Below, piece by piece: positions 17,742-27,024 of a DNA stretch of 64,000 bases; positions within the stretch are counted from its first letter, which is position 1; every line of letters starts with the position of its first letter. A program made the translations under genes and the position numbers. The notes beneath the pieces are model-generated. The model was not told where the DNA came from, ran no database searches, and was given only the letters and a program-made list of their open reading frames with translations. The stretch is from a virus. Lineage: Duplodnaviria; Caudoviricetes. Location of the stretch: the IMG/VR virus record IMGVR_UViG_3300046522_000316, positions 96,001 to 160,000 of that record. The stretch is one strand, 5' to 3'.

Positions 17742-18422
17742 ATGAGTCACTTAGACACGATGATTAACCATTTTAATTGTGGCTGCGTAGTGGTCGGGGA
17801 TATCCCTTCAATCACACGGTGCGAAGAGCATGGCGGTTGCATTGTCGCCTTCCACAATCAGAATGTGCCTGCACGCCGCTGGAGTAATGAGGCACAAGAC
17901 CTCAACGTGTGGCAGGGAACACTGCTGCACAATCTCCGCAAAATCAAAGACGAATGTTTTTCCTACATTTTCGCATACCCGGAACTCAACGCGCTCGGCC
18001 CCATGAATTTTCTACGGCCCGAAGCTTGGCGGAATGCGGATATGGAAATGATGCGCCACCTGAAACGCATTTTAAAACCGGGCGGCTACATTTCCTTTGT
18101 CGTTGATCCAAGCGTGCTGCATACAGTGACCTATCAAGTCAGCAAATTGAAAATGAAAATCGACGTGCGCGGTTGCATTCTTGATCGCTTCGACGCTTCC
18201 CCATCTTCGACGCTGGCCTACTCGGTCGCAGATGCCAAAGTGCATCTAATCGTGTACAACGAATATCGGGATAAAATCCCAAAATCGGGTAGCCGCATTC
18301 TGGATCTTAGCGGGCTGAAACTATCCTACGTTTTGAAACGGAAAAGGAAAAACAAATTACTGGTTCTAGCAGGACACCCGTACCACTTTGATAAAGTGAC
18401 GGCGCGTCTAGAGGACGCCTAA
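17742..18422 (+). CDS. Zn-ribbon plus degenerate DNA methyltransferase-like protein
   Basis: CGC...CEEH; YIFAYPEL where LIFxDPPY is expected; LKRILKPGGYI. Confidence 0.35.
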   Translation: MSHLDTMINHFNCGCVVVGDIPSITRCEEHGGCIVAFHNQNVPARRWSNEAQDLNVWQGTLLHNLRKIKDECFSYIFAYPELNALGPMNFLRPEAWRNADMEMMRHLKRILKPGGYISFVVDPSVLHTVTYQVSKLKMKIDVRGCILDRFDASPSSTLAYSVADAKVHLIVYNEYRDKIPKSGSRILDLSGLKLSYVLKRKRKNKLLVLAGHPYHFDKVTARLEDA

Positions 18423-19084
18423 TGGCAGTCAAGACGAAAAAGGTGAAGGTACAGTCGGTTAAGAAATCGAAAATCATCACCAAACCGAAAAAGACACAGG
18501 CCACACGCGAAGCAGAAAAGACCAAAGAGCGAAAGCGTAAATCGACAGCGGCCCCGGTGCGCTCTGCCGGTCGAATTAAAGTGGCGGGCATTCCGTACAA
18601 GCTGCGTAAGTTCGAAAACTTGGGCGCTCGCCCGATGCCCGAAACGTTCTTCACACGACAGGGCAAAAGTCTCAAGGATCTAATCCGAAATACGTTCCGC
18701 ATTTGCATCAACAATGCCGTGGACGTTGAGGCGCACCGTTACCAAAGCACCACGACGAAAGCCGGGCGCAAAGCCGTCAAAGGGATCATGTGGACGAATG
18801 ACCCGTTCCGCCCTGACCGCGTGCGTCGATACCACGAAACGTACATCGTGGGTCTGGATAAAAACGGCGAAAATAAACCACTGATGAAACACAAGCGGGT
18901 GCTTGTGCAATGCACGTGTGAAAACTACGTGTACTGGTGGGAATATGCGAACGCCCGTTGCGGTGCTGCGTACCTGATTTATTCCAACGGTGAACCGCCC
19001 GTGTGGACAAACCCCGGCATGTCGGTAGGCCTGTGCAAACATCTTGTGGCCCTGTCGAAAATTGTCATTGAAGAAAACCTCTGA
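18422..19084 (+). CDS. SWIM-type zinc-finger protein with Lys-rich N-terminus
   Basis: VQCTCENYVY ... GLCKHLVAL. Confidence 0.7.
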   Translation: MAVKTKKVKVQSVKKSKIITKPKKTQATREAEKTKERKRKSTAAPVRSAGRIKVAGIPYKLRKFENLGARPMPETFFTRQGKSLKDLIRNTFRICINNAVDVEAHRYQSTTTKAGRKAVKGIMWTNDPFRPDRVRRYHETYIVGLDKNGENKPLMKHKRVLVQCTCENYVYWWEYANARCGAAYLIYSNGEPPVWTNPGMSVGLCKHLVALSKIVIEENL

Positions 19085-19091
19085 GGTATTC

Positions 19092-19514
19092 ATGAGCGAA
19101 ATTCAAAAAGAACTCGACGCAAAAGTCGCGGCACTTCCTGCAATGATCCGCAGTGTGTTCGGTCGCGACGGCGGCGTACAGTGGCCCATCATCGACACGC
19201 AGGCGCTTTCGTTTGATCTGGTCAACGAATTGCGCAACAAAACCCACGGCGATTTGTTTCTGATCGGCGTCGAAGTTGCTGACCACATTCGCTACACCAA
19301 CAGCGAAGCATATTTCACCGAGAACGATGGCAAGGAAGGCGCGCTGTATCCTTTCTTCGACGTTTCGTTTTCTGCATCGGGCCGTGAATCCGGCTTTGTC
19401 GGCACCCTGTTCGGCATGGACGTTTTCACGCATCCCGATATCGTGCCGAATGTTTTCGCGTGCGTGAAACAGGGCAACAAACCAATGGCCGTTATCGGTT
19501 ATGTGAAACTCTGA
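19092..19514 (+). CDS. Hypothetical protein
   Basis: GAGGT RBS then ATG 19092. Confidence 0.7.
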   Translation: MSEIQKELDAKVAALPAMIRSVFGRDGGVQWPIIDTQALSFDLVNELRNKTHGDLFLIGVEVADHIRYTNSEAYFTENDGKEGALYPFFDVSFSASGRESGFVGTLFGMDVFTHPDIVPNVFACVKQGNKPMAVIGYVKL

Positions 19515-19528
19515 AAAAGGAAACAGAA

Positions 19529-20020
19529 ATGACGCAAACAATTCTGGCGCAACTCACGACTGATCGTGACACCGCCCGCCTGCAAAGCCCGAAAGAAACT
19601 TACCCGATTCTGACTCGCGTACTGGGCGATTACGAACTCGGCGCCAAGGCCAAGAAACCACGCACGGGCGACGACGCTCTGCTGCTGATCATCAAAGGCC
19701 TGATCGCTGGCAACACCGAAACCATCGGCCTGCTGAAAAAGTCGCAGGGCGGCGAAAGCGAACACTCGGCTGAAATCCTGCGTCTGGAAAATCAAAGCCG
19801 TCTGCTGGCGAAATACATTCCGGCCAAGGCTGAAAAAGAAGTGTCCGACAACCCGGACATTCTGACCGAAGAGCAGTATCGTGAAATTCTCGCGAACAAC
19901 ACTTTCGCCGCGCTCGGCCAGTTCCACAAATTCCTGAAAGACAACTTCGCCGGTCGCACTGAAGGCGCTGTCGCTACCCGCGTTTTCAACGCTGTGCAAA
20001 AAGAAAAGGCTGGTGCGTAA
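19529..20020 (+). CDS. YqeY/GatB-domain-like protein
   Basis: DDALLLIIK...ETI, LLAKYIP, LTEEQ, LGQFHKFLKDNFAGRTEG fit the YqeY helical pattern. Confidence 0.6.
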   Translation: MTQTILAQLTTDRDTARLQSPKETYPILTRVLGDYELGAKAKKPRTGDDALLLIIKGLIAGNTETIGLLKKSQGGESEHSAEILRLENQSRLLAKYIPAKAEKEVSDNPDILTEEQYREILANNTFAALGQFHKFLKDNFAGRTEGAVATRVFNAVQKEKAGA

Positions 20021-20508
20021 TGGGCATGCCAACGCTTGCCGAAATTTACGCAATGCCGGAACCGATGCTGAGCGACAATTTCGACCTGCACGCAATCGGC
20101 GGTTGTCCGGAAGCGCTGGTCGCGTTGCCTAAATTCTTTCTGGATAACCACAAAGCATTTTCGCATCTGCATCGTACCTGCATCCGTGCCGAATGGCGCA
20201 AAGCCGCTGAAGGCGACCGCAGTGCGTTGACGCTGGTGTTCTTCGATATTCAAGGTGATCAAGAATATCTGGATACTCACGAAGCGTTCTGCGCTGACAT
20301 GGGCCAGCTGACTCTTCAGCAGTACGACCAAAAAGGCGAAGCAATTCGTCAGGTTATTTTCTCTGACCTGAAGTTTTCCGACGCTGTACAAAAACGCGAT
20401 GCTTCCGAAGGCCGTACCGGTGAACGCGCTGTAACGTTCAAGTACACGTCTGAACGAGTCGTCACGTTTGAATTCGCCACCGTCAAAGAAATTGCTTTGG
20501 ACAAGTGA
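20020..20508 (+). CDS. Possible tail-tube (gp19)-like protein
   Basis: QLTLQQYDQKGEAIR ... D.S ... VTFKY resembles tube-protein C-terminal half. Confidence 0.35.
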   Translation: MGMPTLAEIYAMPEPMLSDNFDLHAIGGCPEALVALPKFFLDNHKAFSHLHRTCIRAEWRKAAEGDRSALTLVFFDIQGDQEYLDTHEAFCADMGQLTLQQYDQKGEAIRQVIFSDLKFSDAVQKRDASEGRTGERAVTFKYTSERVVTFEFATVKEIALDK

Positions 20509-20711
20509 GCGTAACCCGTCCGCGTAGCACTCCTTGCATTGGCAAATGTTCTCACAACGTTGGGGACGCCATTTGCAAGGGGTGCAAACGCACCATCGCA
20601 GAAGTCAGGGATTGGAATCGGTTTTCTCCCGACGAAAAAGTGCAAAGGATGGAAGAATTAAAGGTGCGCGACATTACGACATTCGTGATACCTGTGGAAC
20701 AACTCGACTAG
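20505..20711 (+). CDS. DUF1289-family Cys-rich protein
   Basis: TPCIGKCS...CKGCKRTIAEVRDWNRFSPDEK. Confidence 0.8.
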   Translation: MSVTRPRSTPCIGKCSHNVGDAICKGCKRTIAEVRDWNRFSPDEKVQRMEELKVRDITTFVIPVEQLD

Positions 20712-20723
20712 CGAGAAAAATTC

Positions 20724-20984
20724 ATGAATCACCTGCAAATCGTGCTGGATGAATTCAACAATTTGGGGCGTGTTGCTGAAGCAGCTGGTAGCTCCACTGG
20801 CAACGGCGGTGATTTCCTCGGCCCTATTTCGGTTAGCGAATACGACGCCTGTGTAAGTGCAGCGCAAGTATTTTCCGGGCAGGTAGATGCAGACGTTATT
20901 CATCTGCTTGACGTTCGTGTGACCGAGGCTTCACCGGGTGTATACATTGCTCGCCTGACGGTTGTGTTAACCAAGGAGGCATAA
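20724..20984 (+). CDS. Hypothetical protein
   Basis: 86 aa ORF in packed operon. Confidence 0.6.
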   Translation: MNHLQIVLDEFNNLGRVAEAAGSSTGNGGDFLGPISVSEYDACVSAAQVFSGQVDADVIHLLDVRVTEASPGVYIARLTVVLTKEA

Positions 20985-20988
20985 AAAT

Positions 20989-21153
20989 ATGTTCCGAAAT
21001 AAACAACGTGGCTACATCGACTTCAGTGGTATCGGTACATTTCTGATTTGCGTGGGCGTCGTCGGTGGCATTTTGATCGGCGGCATTATTTTCAAAGTCA
21101 TTCCGTGGCTGTGGGATCTTTCGAAACCGTGGCTGCACCAAATCACAGGGTGA
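20989..21153 (+). CDS. 54 aa membrane peptide with prepilin-like leader (below ORF-track cutoff)
   Basis: AAGGAGG RBS; MFRNKQRGYIDFSGIGTFLICVGVVGGILIGGIIFKVIPWLWDLSKPWLHQITG. Confidence 0.7.
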   Translation: MFRNKQRGYIDFSGIGTFLICVGVVGGILIGGIIFKVIPWLWDLSKPWLHQITG

Positions 21154-21158
21154 AGACT

Positions 21159-21668
21159 ATGCAACATCGCAGTATTACCGATGAAGACTTGCGCGACTTT
21201 CTGGAAGACGAAAACATCACCGACATTTCTTTCGTGGCGCAGGGCCAAGTCCCGTACCACAACGGTGTGCAGCTTTTCGAAAAAGAATACGTCGGTCAAG
21301 GCCCTGACGTAGATTCCGCAATTGAAGGCGCCATGGCTACGTTCAGTGCTGAATATCGCGGCGAACGCGTCTACACTCGCGGCGTTCAGTTGTCCTCTAC
21401 TGACTCCGGCATTCTCGCTGTGTTCGTCGCGGCGATTCGTCCGGCTCCGAAAAACTTCAGCCAAATCCTCAACGATTTGAAGAAAGGCGCACAAGCCCGC
21501 CGCGCTGGCTGGAACGGTGCAGGCCAGTGTGTTTATCTGGAACGCTTCGCAGATTTCGACGTGAGTTTCGAACCGTGTTTCGTTCTGCATAACGCGCAAG
21601 GCAAATTGCAACCGGGTTGGATTCCGTCCATGGGTGATCTGCTGGCCGAAGACTGGGAAATCGCGTAA
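21159..21668 (+). CDS. N-terminal unknown domain fused to DUF2829 (Tad2-like) domain
   Basis: FSQILNDLKKGAQARRAGWNG...GWIPSMGDLLAEDWEI. Confidence 0.75.
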   Translation: MQHRSITDEDLRDFLEDENITDISFVAQGQVPYHNGVQLFEKEYVGQGPDVDSAIEGAMATFSAEYRGERVYTRGVQLSSTDSGILAVFVAAIRPAPKNFSQILNDLKKGAQARRAGWNGAGQCVYLERFADFDVSFEPCFVLHNAQGKLQPGWIPSMGDLLAEDWEIA

Positions 21669-21910
21669 TGATCAAAATCACCAGCGTTGCCGCCTCGGAA
21701 TTGAATGCACACATTGAAAAAATGAATGCCGCAACCCGTGACTGGACAGACCGGGCGGCACGCGGTGAATGCAGTTGGATTTGTGCCGACTGCTGCTGTA
21801 CTTTTCCAAATGGTATGCCTGACGATTGCGCACACGGGCACGACTTCTGCACACAGATAATCCAACGCGACAAACAGCGCGCCATGCGTGACGGTAATGA
21901 ACCATCTTAA
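21668..21910 (+). CDS. Small Cys-rich protein
   Basis: CSWICADCCC...CAHGHDFC. Confidence 0.65.
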   Translation: MIKITSVAASELNAHIEKMNAATRDWTDRAARGECSWICADCCCTFPNGMPDDCAHGHDFCTQIIQRDKQRAMRDGNEPS

Positions 21911-21921
21911 CGGAGGAAAAA

Positions 21922-22935
21922 ATGTCTGCTGATAAAAATATGACCGGCGAACAAATTCAGCAGATTATGGATATGTTTCTGTACAAGGCACTCGAACCAC
22001 TTGTCCTGTACACGAATATTTTCGATCCGCAAGTTGAGTATCTGTTGCTGCTGGTAGCGACCAACCGTAAACGCAAGCTGAGTTCGTTGGATCGTGGTGA
22101 AGCCGTGGAAAAGCTCGCGGCCTATCTCAGTGTTCAGGATCGCAAGCAGAAATTCGAGTTCATTCGTGCGGCTCGCGTGGAAAGATTTTTCATCCACAAG
22201 TTTCTGATTTCGTTCACTGAACAAAACATGGGCTACGTGAAACGCTACAAGGAATTCTTGCTGAATCCTACCAAGGAAAAGAAGATTGCCCTTGACCGTG
22301 ACGCGGTGCTGATCGGGATGTGTGAGCGCTCGGCACTCTACAACACCCTGCAAATTTGCAACGCGTACCTGAAACGTTTTTACGTGTACCGAAATTCTGT
22401 CGTTGACCTGTACGTGAAGAACGCCAACAAGTGGGCGAAGGCTCACGTGATCGGTGCGCAAGGCCGGTCGAGTTTCAAAGACCTTGTGCAGTCGATTATC
22501 AAGGCTGTAATCACGGCGATGGATAAATACGACAGTCGAAAAGGTGCCTTAACTTCCTACGTCACGTTCTGGACAAAAAACGCGATGAAGGCGAGTAAAG
22601 AACACGAATATGGCGTGGCTTACACTGTGCCGCAAGCGCAGAAGAAAAAGCTTTTCGAGGGGACTAGCCACCACGTCAATTTCAGTGTGAGCCTCGACAC
22701 GATTTACGGCGACGATGACGACGAAGGTTCAAGCATGGCCCTGCATTCTGTTCTGGCGCCGGGCCACACGCTGGAAAAAGGAATCGAAGTCGAACAAAGT
22801 CGCTCGCTTGTGCAGATGCTTGCGAAAAAAGTAGATCCGATGGGCATCGCTCGGTTGAGTCTGGATATTGGCGAGCATTTTACGCCAGAAGAACAGGCAA
22901 TTATGCGCCAGCACATGCTCGAAGAAAAACTGTAA
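21922..22935 (+). CDS. Phage sigma factor (sigma70 regions 2-3, no recognisable region 4)
   Basis: FKDLVQ...AMDKYDSRKGALTSYVTFWTKNAM matches regions 2.2-2.4; VSLDTIYGDDDD matches region 3.2. Confidence 0.8.
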   Translation: MSADKNMTGEQIQQIMDMFLYKALEPLVLYTNIFDPQVEYLLLLVATNRKRKLSSLDRGEAVEKLAAYLSVQDRKQKFEFIRAARVERFFIHKFLISFTEQNMGYVKRYKEFLLNPTKEKKIALDRDAVLIGMCERSALYNTLQICNAYLKRFYVYRNSVVDLYVKNANKWAKAHVIGAQGRSSFKDLVQSIIKAVITAMDKYDSRKGALTSYVTFWTKNAMKASKEHEYGVAYTVPQAQKKKLFEGTSHHVNFSVSLDTIYGDDDDEGSSMALHSVLAPGHTLEKGIEVEQSRSLVQMLAKKVDPMGIARLSLDIGEHFTPEEQAIMRQHMLEEKL

Positions 22936-22944
22936 ATAAACTGA

Positions 22945-23139
22945 GTGATGTTCATGAAAGAAAAAAGCAAAGTCGCAGTTGTCGATTTCCAAAATCCGCG
23001 TGACGCACAGGGCAACATCGTGCTTTTCCTGACGACTGAAGAACGCGCCCAACAGATTGCAGCAGAGGCCTACGAAAAGGCACTTAAAAACGTACTGGAA
23101 CGCGCAGCCTCTGTCTACTGGCCGGGCGATCCGACATAA
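22945..23139 (+). CDS. Hypothetical protein
   Basis: 64 aa ORF after motif at 22927. Confidence 0.55.
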   Translation: MMFMKEKSKVAVVDFQNPRDAQGNIVLFLTTEERAQQIAAEAYEKALKNVLERAASVYWPGDPT

Positions 23140-23151
23140 AGGGATTACACC

Positions 23152-23778
23152 ATGAGCAATTTGCTTGCACACGCTGACCGTGAATTCGCAATCACCATGC
23201 GGAACATGCGGGCCAATCCGGAAAACGACGAAAGCGATTTGACGATGCAGGAACACATGCATCAAAACGTGCGTGAAATTCTGGAAGTAGTTTCCCGTCA
23301 GGGGCACACCGGTTTCAGCATCAATTTTCTGTTCCAGATGGTTCAGAAAGTTGGAATGTTTGAACCGCTTTCTCCGATCCTCGGCACCGACGACGAATGG
23401 GTTGACGTTGCCAATATCAGCGGCGGGCAACCGATGTTGCAGAACGCTCGCTGTGGTCACATTTTCCGTGATGGTGATTCAGGGGCTTACGATTCCACCG
23501 GTCGCATTGTCGTTTGTGAAGACGGCCAGACCGTGACGAATTATCAGAGCCGGGTTTACATCGAATTTCCGTATGTGCCGACTCGGGTTTACGCCCCGCA
23601 TGGTGAAGACCTAGAACGTTTCACCCGCGCCGGTATTGTGGTTGGTGACGACTACAAAACTGCCGACGAAGTTCGCGAACTTTACAAGGTTCTGAAACGC
23701 ACGGAAGAATTGCGCGAAGCTGGGCAAGCATTTGTTGCAGAAGTAGCGGCAACCGGCCTACCCAACGTAGACGAATAA
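23152..23778 (+). CDS. Hypothetical phage protein
   Basis: AAGGGA RBS; 208 aa. Confidence 0.75.
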   Translation: MSNLLAHADREFAITMRNMRANPENDESDLTMQEHMHQNVREILEVVSRQGHTGFSINFLFQMVQKVGMFEPLSPILGTDDEWVDVANISGGQPMLQNARCGHIFRDGDSGAYDSTGRIVVCEDGQTVTNYQSRVYIEFPYVPTRVYAPHGEDLERFTRAGIVVGDDYKTADEVRELYKVLKRTEELREAGQAFVAEVAATGLPNVDE

Positions 23779-23846
23779 AACTGTAAATAATACTCAGGAG
23801 AGAAAAGCTTTCCGGGTATTCGACTTGAATCTAGAGGAACAACCGC

Positions 23847-25097
23847 ATGGCGACCGCCGTTTTTAAAGGCATGGGCAGCATCCGCACCAACAGTGGCAAG
23901 GGTGATTCGCTCCGCTTGGACGAAGTTGTTGATATCATCCAGTGGCCGAAAAACAAATATTTCCTGTTCCGCATTTTGCCGATCATGCCGCTGCAAGTGC
24001 GTCAGGTCTGGATCAAACTGTGGGCCGGTGGCAAGGGCAAAGAAAAACGCGAAGTGAACATTCCGCGTTACGCTATCGACTTCGATCCGAACGATCCGGA
24101 AACCCCGAAAAAAGGCGTGAAGTGCCCGTACATGGCGCTGGCCGACAAGTTCAAAGGCCAGAAAGAAAAGCCGGTGCGTGCGTCCGACTTCTGGTTGTTC
24201 AACGTGATCGACCGCGACATGCAGGAAGAAGGCCCGCCGCGTAAAGCGTCGAAGCCAACCAAGGAAGAAAAGAATTCCGGTTTCAAGGATATCAATTCTG
24301 AAACTTGGACTCCGGTTCGCGTTGCGCGTCTGACCATGACTTCGATCAACCGACTGCAAGAACTGTCGGAAGAAAACAAAATCAAGTCGAAGAAATCCGG
24401 CAAAACCGCGCAGTACGACGTATCCGATGCGAAGTATGGTTTCGACACCAAACTGAAATTCAAACCGGACGCAGCGGGCACCGACAAATACACCATCGAC
24501 AAAGCGGACGGCCCTACCCCGCTGAGCGACGAAGAGCAAGGCTATCTGACGTGGAACCTCACTGAAGAACTTCTGGACGCCACCGGTCGCATGACCGAAA
24601 AGGCTGCGAAGGAAGACGTTAAGCGTATGGAAATCATCGGCGGCGAAGAACTCGACGATGATGACGAAGACGAAGACGAAAAGCCGAAGAAAAAGAAAGG
24701 CAAATCCACTTCGCTCGACGACGATGACGACGAAGACGAAAAGCCGAAGAAAAAGAAAAAGAAATCTTCCATCGACGATGACGATGATGAAGACGAAAAA
24801 CCGAAAAAGAAAAAGAAGTCCAAGTCCATCGACGACGATGACGACGAAGACGAAAAGCCGAAGAAAAAGAAAAAGTCTTCGGACAAAGACGCCAAGTCTT
24901 CCAAGGTGAAAAAGAAGTCGAAGTCGGACGACGATGACGACGAAAAGCCGAAGAAGAAAAAGAAGGCCAAGGAAGAAGAAGCTCCGAAGAAAAAGAAAAA
25001 ATCTTCGGACAAGGACGAGAAAGGCGGCGCCAAAAAGAAAGTGAAGAAAGACGCCAAGAAAGGCAGCGGCAAGAAAAAGAACGCGTGGGATGACTAA
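23847..25097 (+). CDS. Probable ssDNA-binding protein (gp32-like) with charge-block repeat tail
   Basis: LFRILP...CP...FWLFNVIDR core; adjacent to recA; DDDDEDEKPKKKKK repeats. Confidence 0.5.
   Translation: MATAVFKGMGSIRTNSGKGDSLRLDEVVDIIQWPKNKYFLFRILPIMPLQVRQVWIKLWAGGKGKEKREVNIPRYAIDFDPNDPETPKKGVKCPYMALADKFKGQKEKPVRASDFWLFNVIDRDMQEEGPPRKASKPTKEEKNSGFKDINSETWTPVRVARLTMTSINRLQELSEENKIKSKKSGKTAQYDVSDAKYGFDTKLKFKPDAAGTDKYTIDKADGPTPLSDEEQGYLTWNLTEELLDATGRMTEKAAKEDVKRMEIIGGEELDDDDEDEDEKPKKKKGKSTSLDDDDDEDEKPKKKKKKSSIDDDDDEDEKPKKKKKSKSIDDDDDEDEKPKKKKKSSDKDAKSSKVKKKSKSDDDDDEKPKKKKKAKEEEAPKKKKKSSDKDEKGGAKKKVKKDAKKGSGKKKNAWDD
24652..25000 (+). repeat. Coding repeat of alternating acidic and basic blocks
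   Basis: GACGATGACGACGAAGACGAAAAGCCGAAGAAAAAG-like unit, five to six copies. Confidence 0.85.
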
Positions 25098-25164
25098 TCG
25101 GTAACTGCCGACCGGGCCTAGATTCTTAGGCCCACTTCCCTGATCTACCTGCTGTGGAGAATGC

Positions 25165-26724
25165 ATGGCAAAAACCGCCGTAAAGACCAAAAAGCTCGAC
25201 CTTTCCGAAAAGGTTCTGAAGACTTCCAAGTCGAAAGTTCCAGCCGTCGTTGAGAAAAAGACTTCCAAGTCGAAAGCTCCGGCAGTGAAAGGCTCTAAGA
25301 GCAAGGATGTAGCCGTCGCGGCCAAGCCCGACAAATTTGTCTTCAACCCTTACGCATCATTCGAAGACGAAATTGATAACATGGAAAAAAAGGTCGGTCT
25401 GACCTCCATGTCTGTCAACGAAAAAGAAGACCGGTTGGGAACAGGCAGTCTCTGTCTCGATCTGCAAATGGCCGGTGGCCTTCTGGCCGGTGGTTGGTAC
25501 ACCTTCTACGGTGCGGAACAGTCGTGTAAAACCACGCTCGCCACAACCGTGATGGGTTCCATTGTTCGCAAAGCATCTTTCCTCGGTAAAGCGTTTTTCT
25601 TCGACTACGAAGGTTCGTTCTCCGCTGAATATGCGAACGCGATGTGGAAATACAACGGCGGCGGAAGTGCCGGTACTGTTGAGCAAGTTTTCGGTCTGGC
25701 TGGGAAAGACGGCGACTGGATTATTCGCCCACGTATCCGCAACTATGCGCCAGCAGTTGGCGAAGACTTTTTCGATGCGTTGGCTAGCACACTGAAAAAG
25801 CTTCCGTCTGTTCTGAAACTCGATGGTGATTTCTTCTACATTTACGAAAACACCAAAGCGAATCAGAAGCTGTGCAAAGGTCATTACGACGTTAAATATT
25901 TCAAGAAGACCAACAAGTTCAAAGTCCCGGCGCCACACGGCTTGCCGCAGGCTGTGTTCCTTGTGGACTCTTACCCGGCAATGCTTTCGCGTCGTGCAGA
26001 CGATAGCGAAGAGGGTAAAGACGGTCTGGCCTCGCAAGCGCGTATGTTCTCTGACGGGATCAAACGTGTTAAAGGCCGCATGAAAGAAAAACGCGTTCTG
26101 GTTCTCGGCATCAACCAATTGCGTTCTGTTCCGATGGCGATGTACGGCCCGACCGAACAGGAACCTTGCGGCCAAGCGCTGAAGTATTTCTCTGACGCTC
26201 GTTTCCGTATGTCTCCGATTGCGATTCCGCACGCGAAAGGCATGATGGAAGAAGAGCCGTCGATTAGCGGCGTCGGTGTTGATACCTACCGTTACATCAA
26301 GTGCCACGCTTTCAAAAATAAACTCGGTGGCCCGCAAAAATCCAACATGATCATGCGTCTGTATGTGTCGAACGAAAACGGCGAAGGCCTCGGTTTCGAC
26401 CGCGTGTGGGATACGTGGATGTATCTGAAAGAAACTGGCCAAATTTCCGGCCAGCGCAACAAAATGAAATTCGCAGAAGGTACACCGTTCGCAGGTCACA
26501 CCCTGTCGTACATGGATCTGAAGAAATTGGTCGATGGCAAAAAAGAATTGATCAAATCTTGCTGCGAAAAAATGAAGGTCAAGCCGCTGCGTATTTACGA
26601 GTGGTGCCGCAAGCAAATCGAATCCGGCAAGGGTTACGATTTGTACCTTGATCAAATCAAAGCAACCCACACCAAAAAGGCAGCGAAAGCCGCAGCCAAA
26701 GGTGACGGAGAGGACGAAGAATGA
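25165..26724 (+). CDS. RecA/UvsX-like recombinase
   Basis: TGSLCLDLQMAGG, YGAEQSCKTT, FDYEG, LVDSYPAM, INQLR, GQALKYFSDARF. Confidence 0.9.
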   Translation: MAKTAVKTKKLDLSEKVLKTSKSKVPAVVEKKTSKSKAPAVKGSKSKDVAVAAKPDKFVFNPYASFEDEIDNMEKKVGLTSMSVNEKEDRLGTGSLCLDLQMAGGLLAGGWYTFYGAEQSCKTTLATTVMGSIVRKASFLGKAFFFDYEGSFSAEYANAMWKYNGGGSAGTVEQVFGLAGKDGDWIIRPRIRNYAPAVGEDFFDALASTLKKLPSVLKLDGDFFYIYENTKANQKLCKGHYDVKYFKKTNKFKVPAPHGLPQAVFLVDSYPAMLSRRADDSEEGKDGLASQARMFSDGIKRVKGRMKEKRVLVLGINQLRSVPMAMYGPTEQEPCGQALKYFSDARFRMSPIAIPHAKGMMEEEPSISGVGVDTYRYIKCHAFKNKLGGPQKSNMIMRLYVSNENGEGLGFDRVWDTWMYLKETGQISGQRNKMKFAEGTPFAGHTLSYMDLKKLVDGKKELIKSCCEKMKVKPLRIYEWCRKQIESGKGYDLYLDQIKATHTKKAAKAAAKGDGEDEE

Positions 26725-26939
26725 AACCCGACGACGTAGTAACAGAAAACACGGCAGCGCACGCGGCAGGTATGACGGCTGCGTCGTTGGAATTCCTCAA
26801 GACCAATCTGGAAGCGCTCATGAAATTGCAGGCATATTTGCAGGCAAATAAATTGGGCGGCGGTCGGGAAGTCGCATTGTCGATTACCAACCTGCAACAA
26901 AGCATCTTCTGGCTGACTGAAGCCAAAATCAAAATCTGA
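26721..26939 (+). CDS. Acb2/Tad1-like helical hairpin protein
   Basis: REVALSITNLQQSIFWL resembles the RExSLAxTxLEEAxxW family pattern. Confidence 0.5.
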   Translation: MKPDDVVTENTAAHAAGMTAASLEFLKTNLEALMKLQAYLQANKLGGGREVALSITNLQQSIFWLTEAKIKI

Positions 26940-26955
26940 TGCGGTAAAAGAGACG

Positions 26956-26976
26956 GGGGCCTTTTGGCCCCTTTCT
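26956..26976 (+). terminator. Probable terminator
   Basis: GGGGCC-tttt-GGCCCC-TTTCT. Confidence 0.55.
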
Positions 26977-27024
26977 CCATTCTTGGGCCTGCAAATCAAT
27001 CCGATTTTAATCGTGGAGTAGACC

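Noticed and set aside
17447-17767. 106 aa ORF overlapping 16801-17559
   Set aside because: No convincing start; the coupled ATG at 17556 is in another frame and gives only about 24 aa. A real small gene or frameshift cannot be excluded
10004-25000. Tandem repeats as possible CRISPR or satellite arrays
   Set aside because: All are in-frame coding repeats with synonymous variation and no unique spacers
25165-26724. Non-canonical Walker A (GAEQSCKT) as evidence of an inactive RecA
   Set aside because: Phage UvsX proteins are known to vary at this position; other motifs are intact
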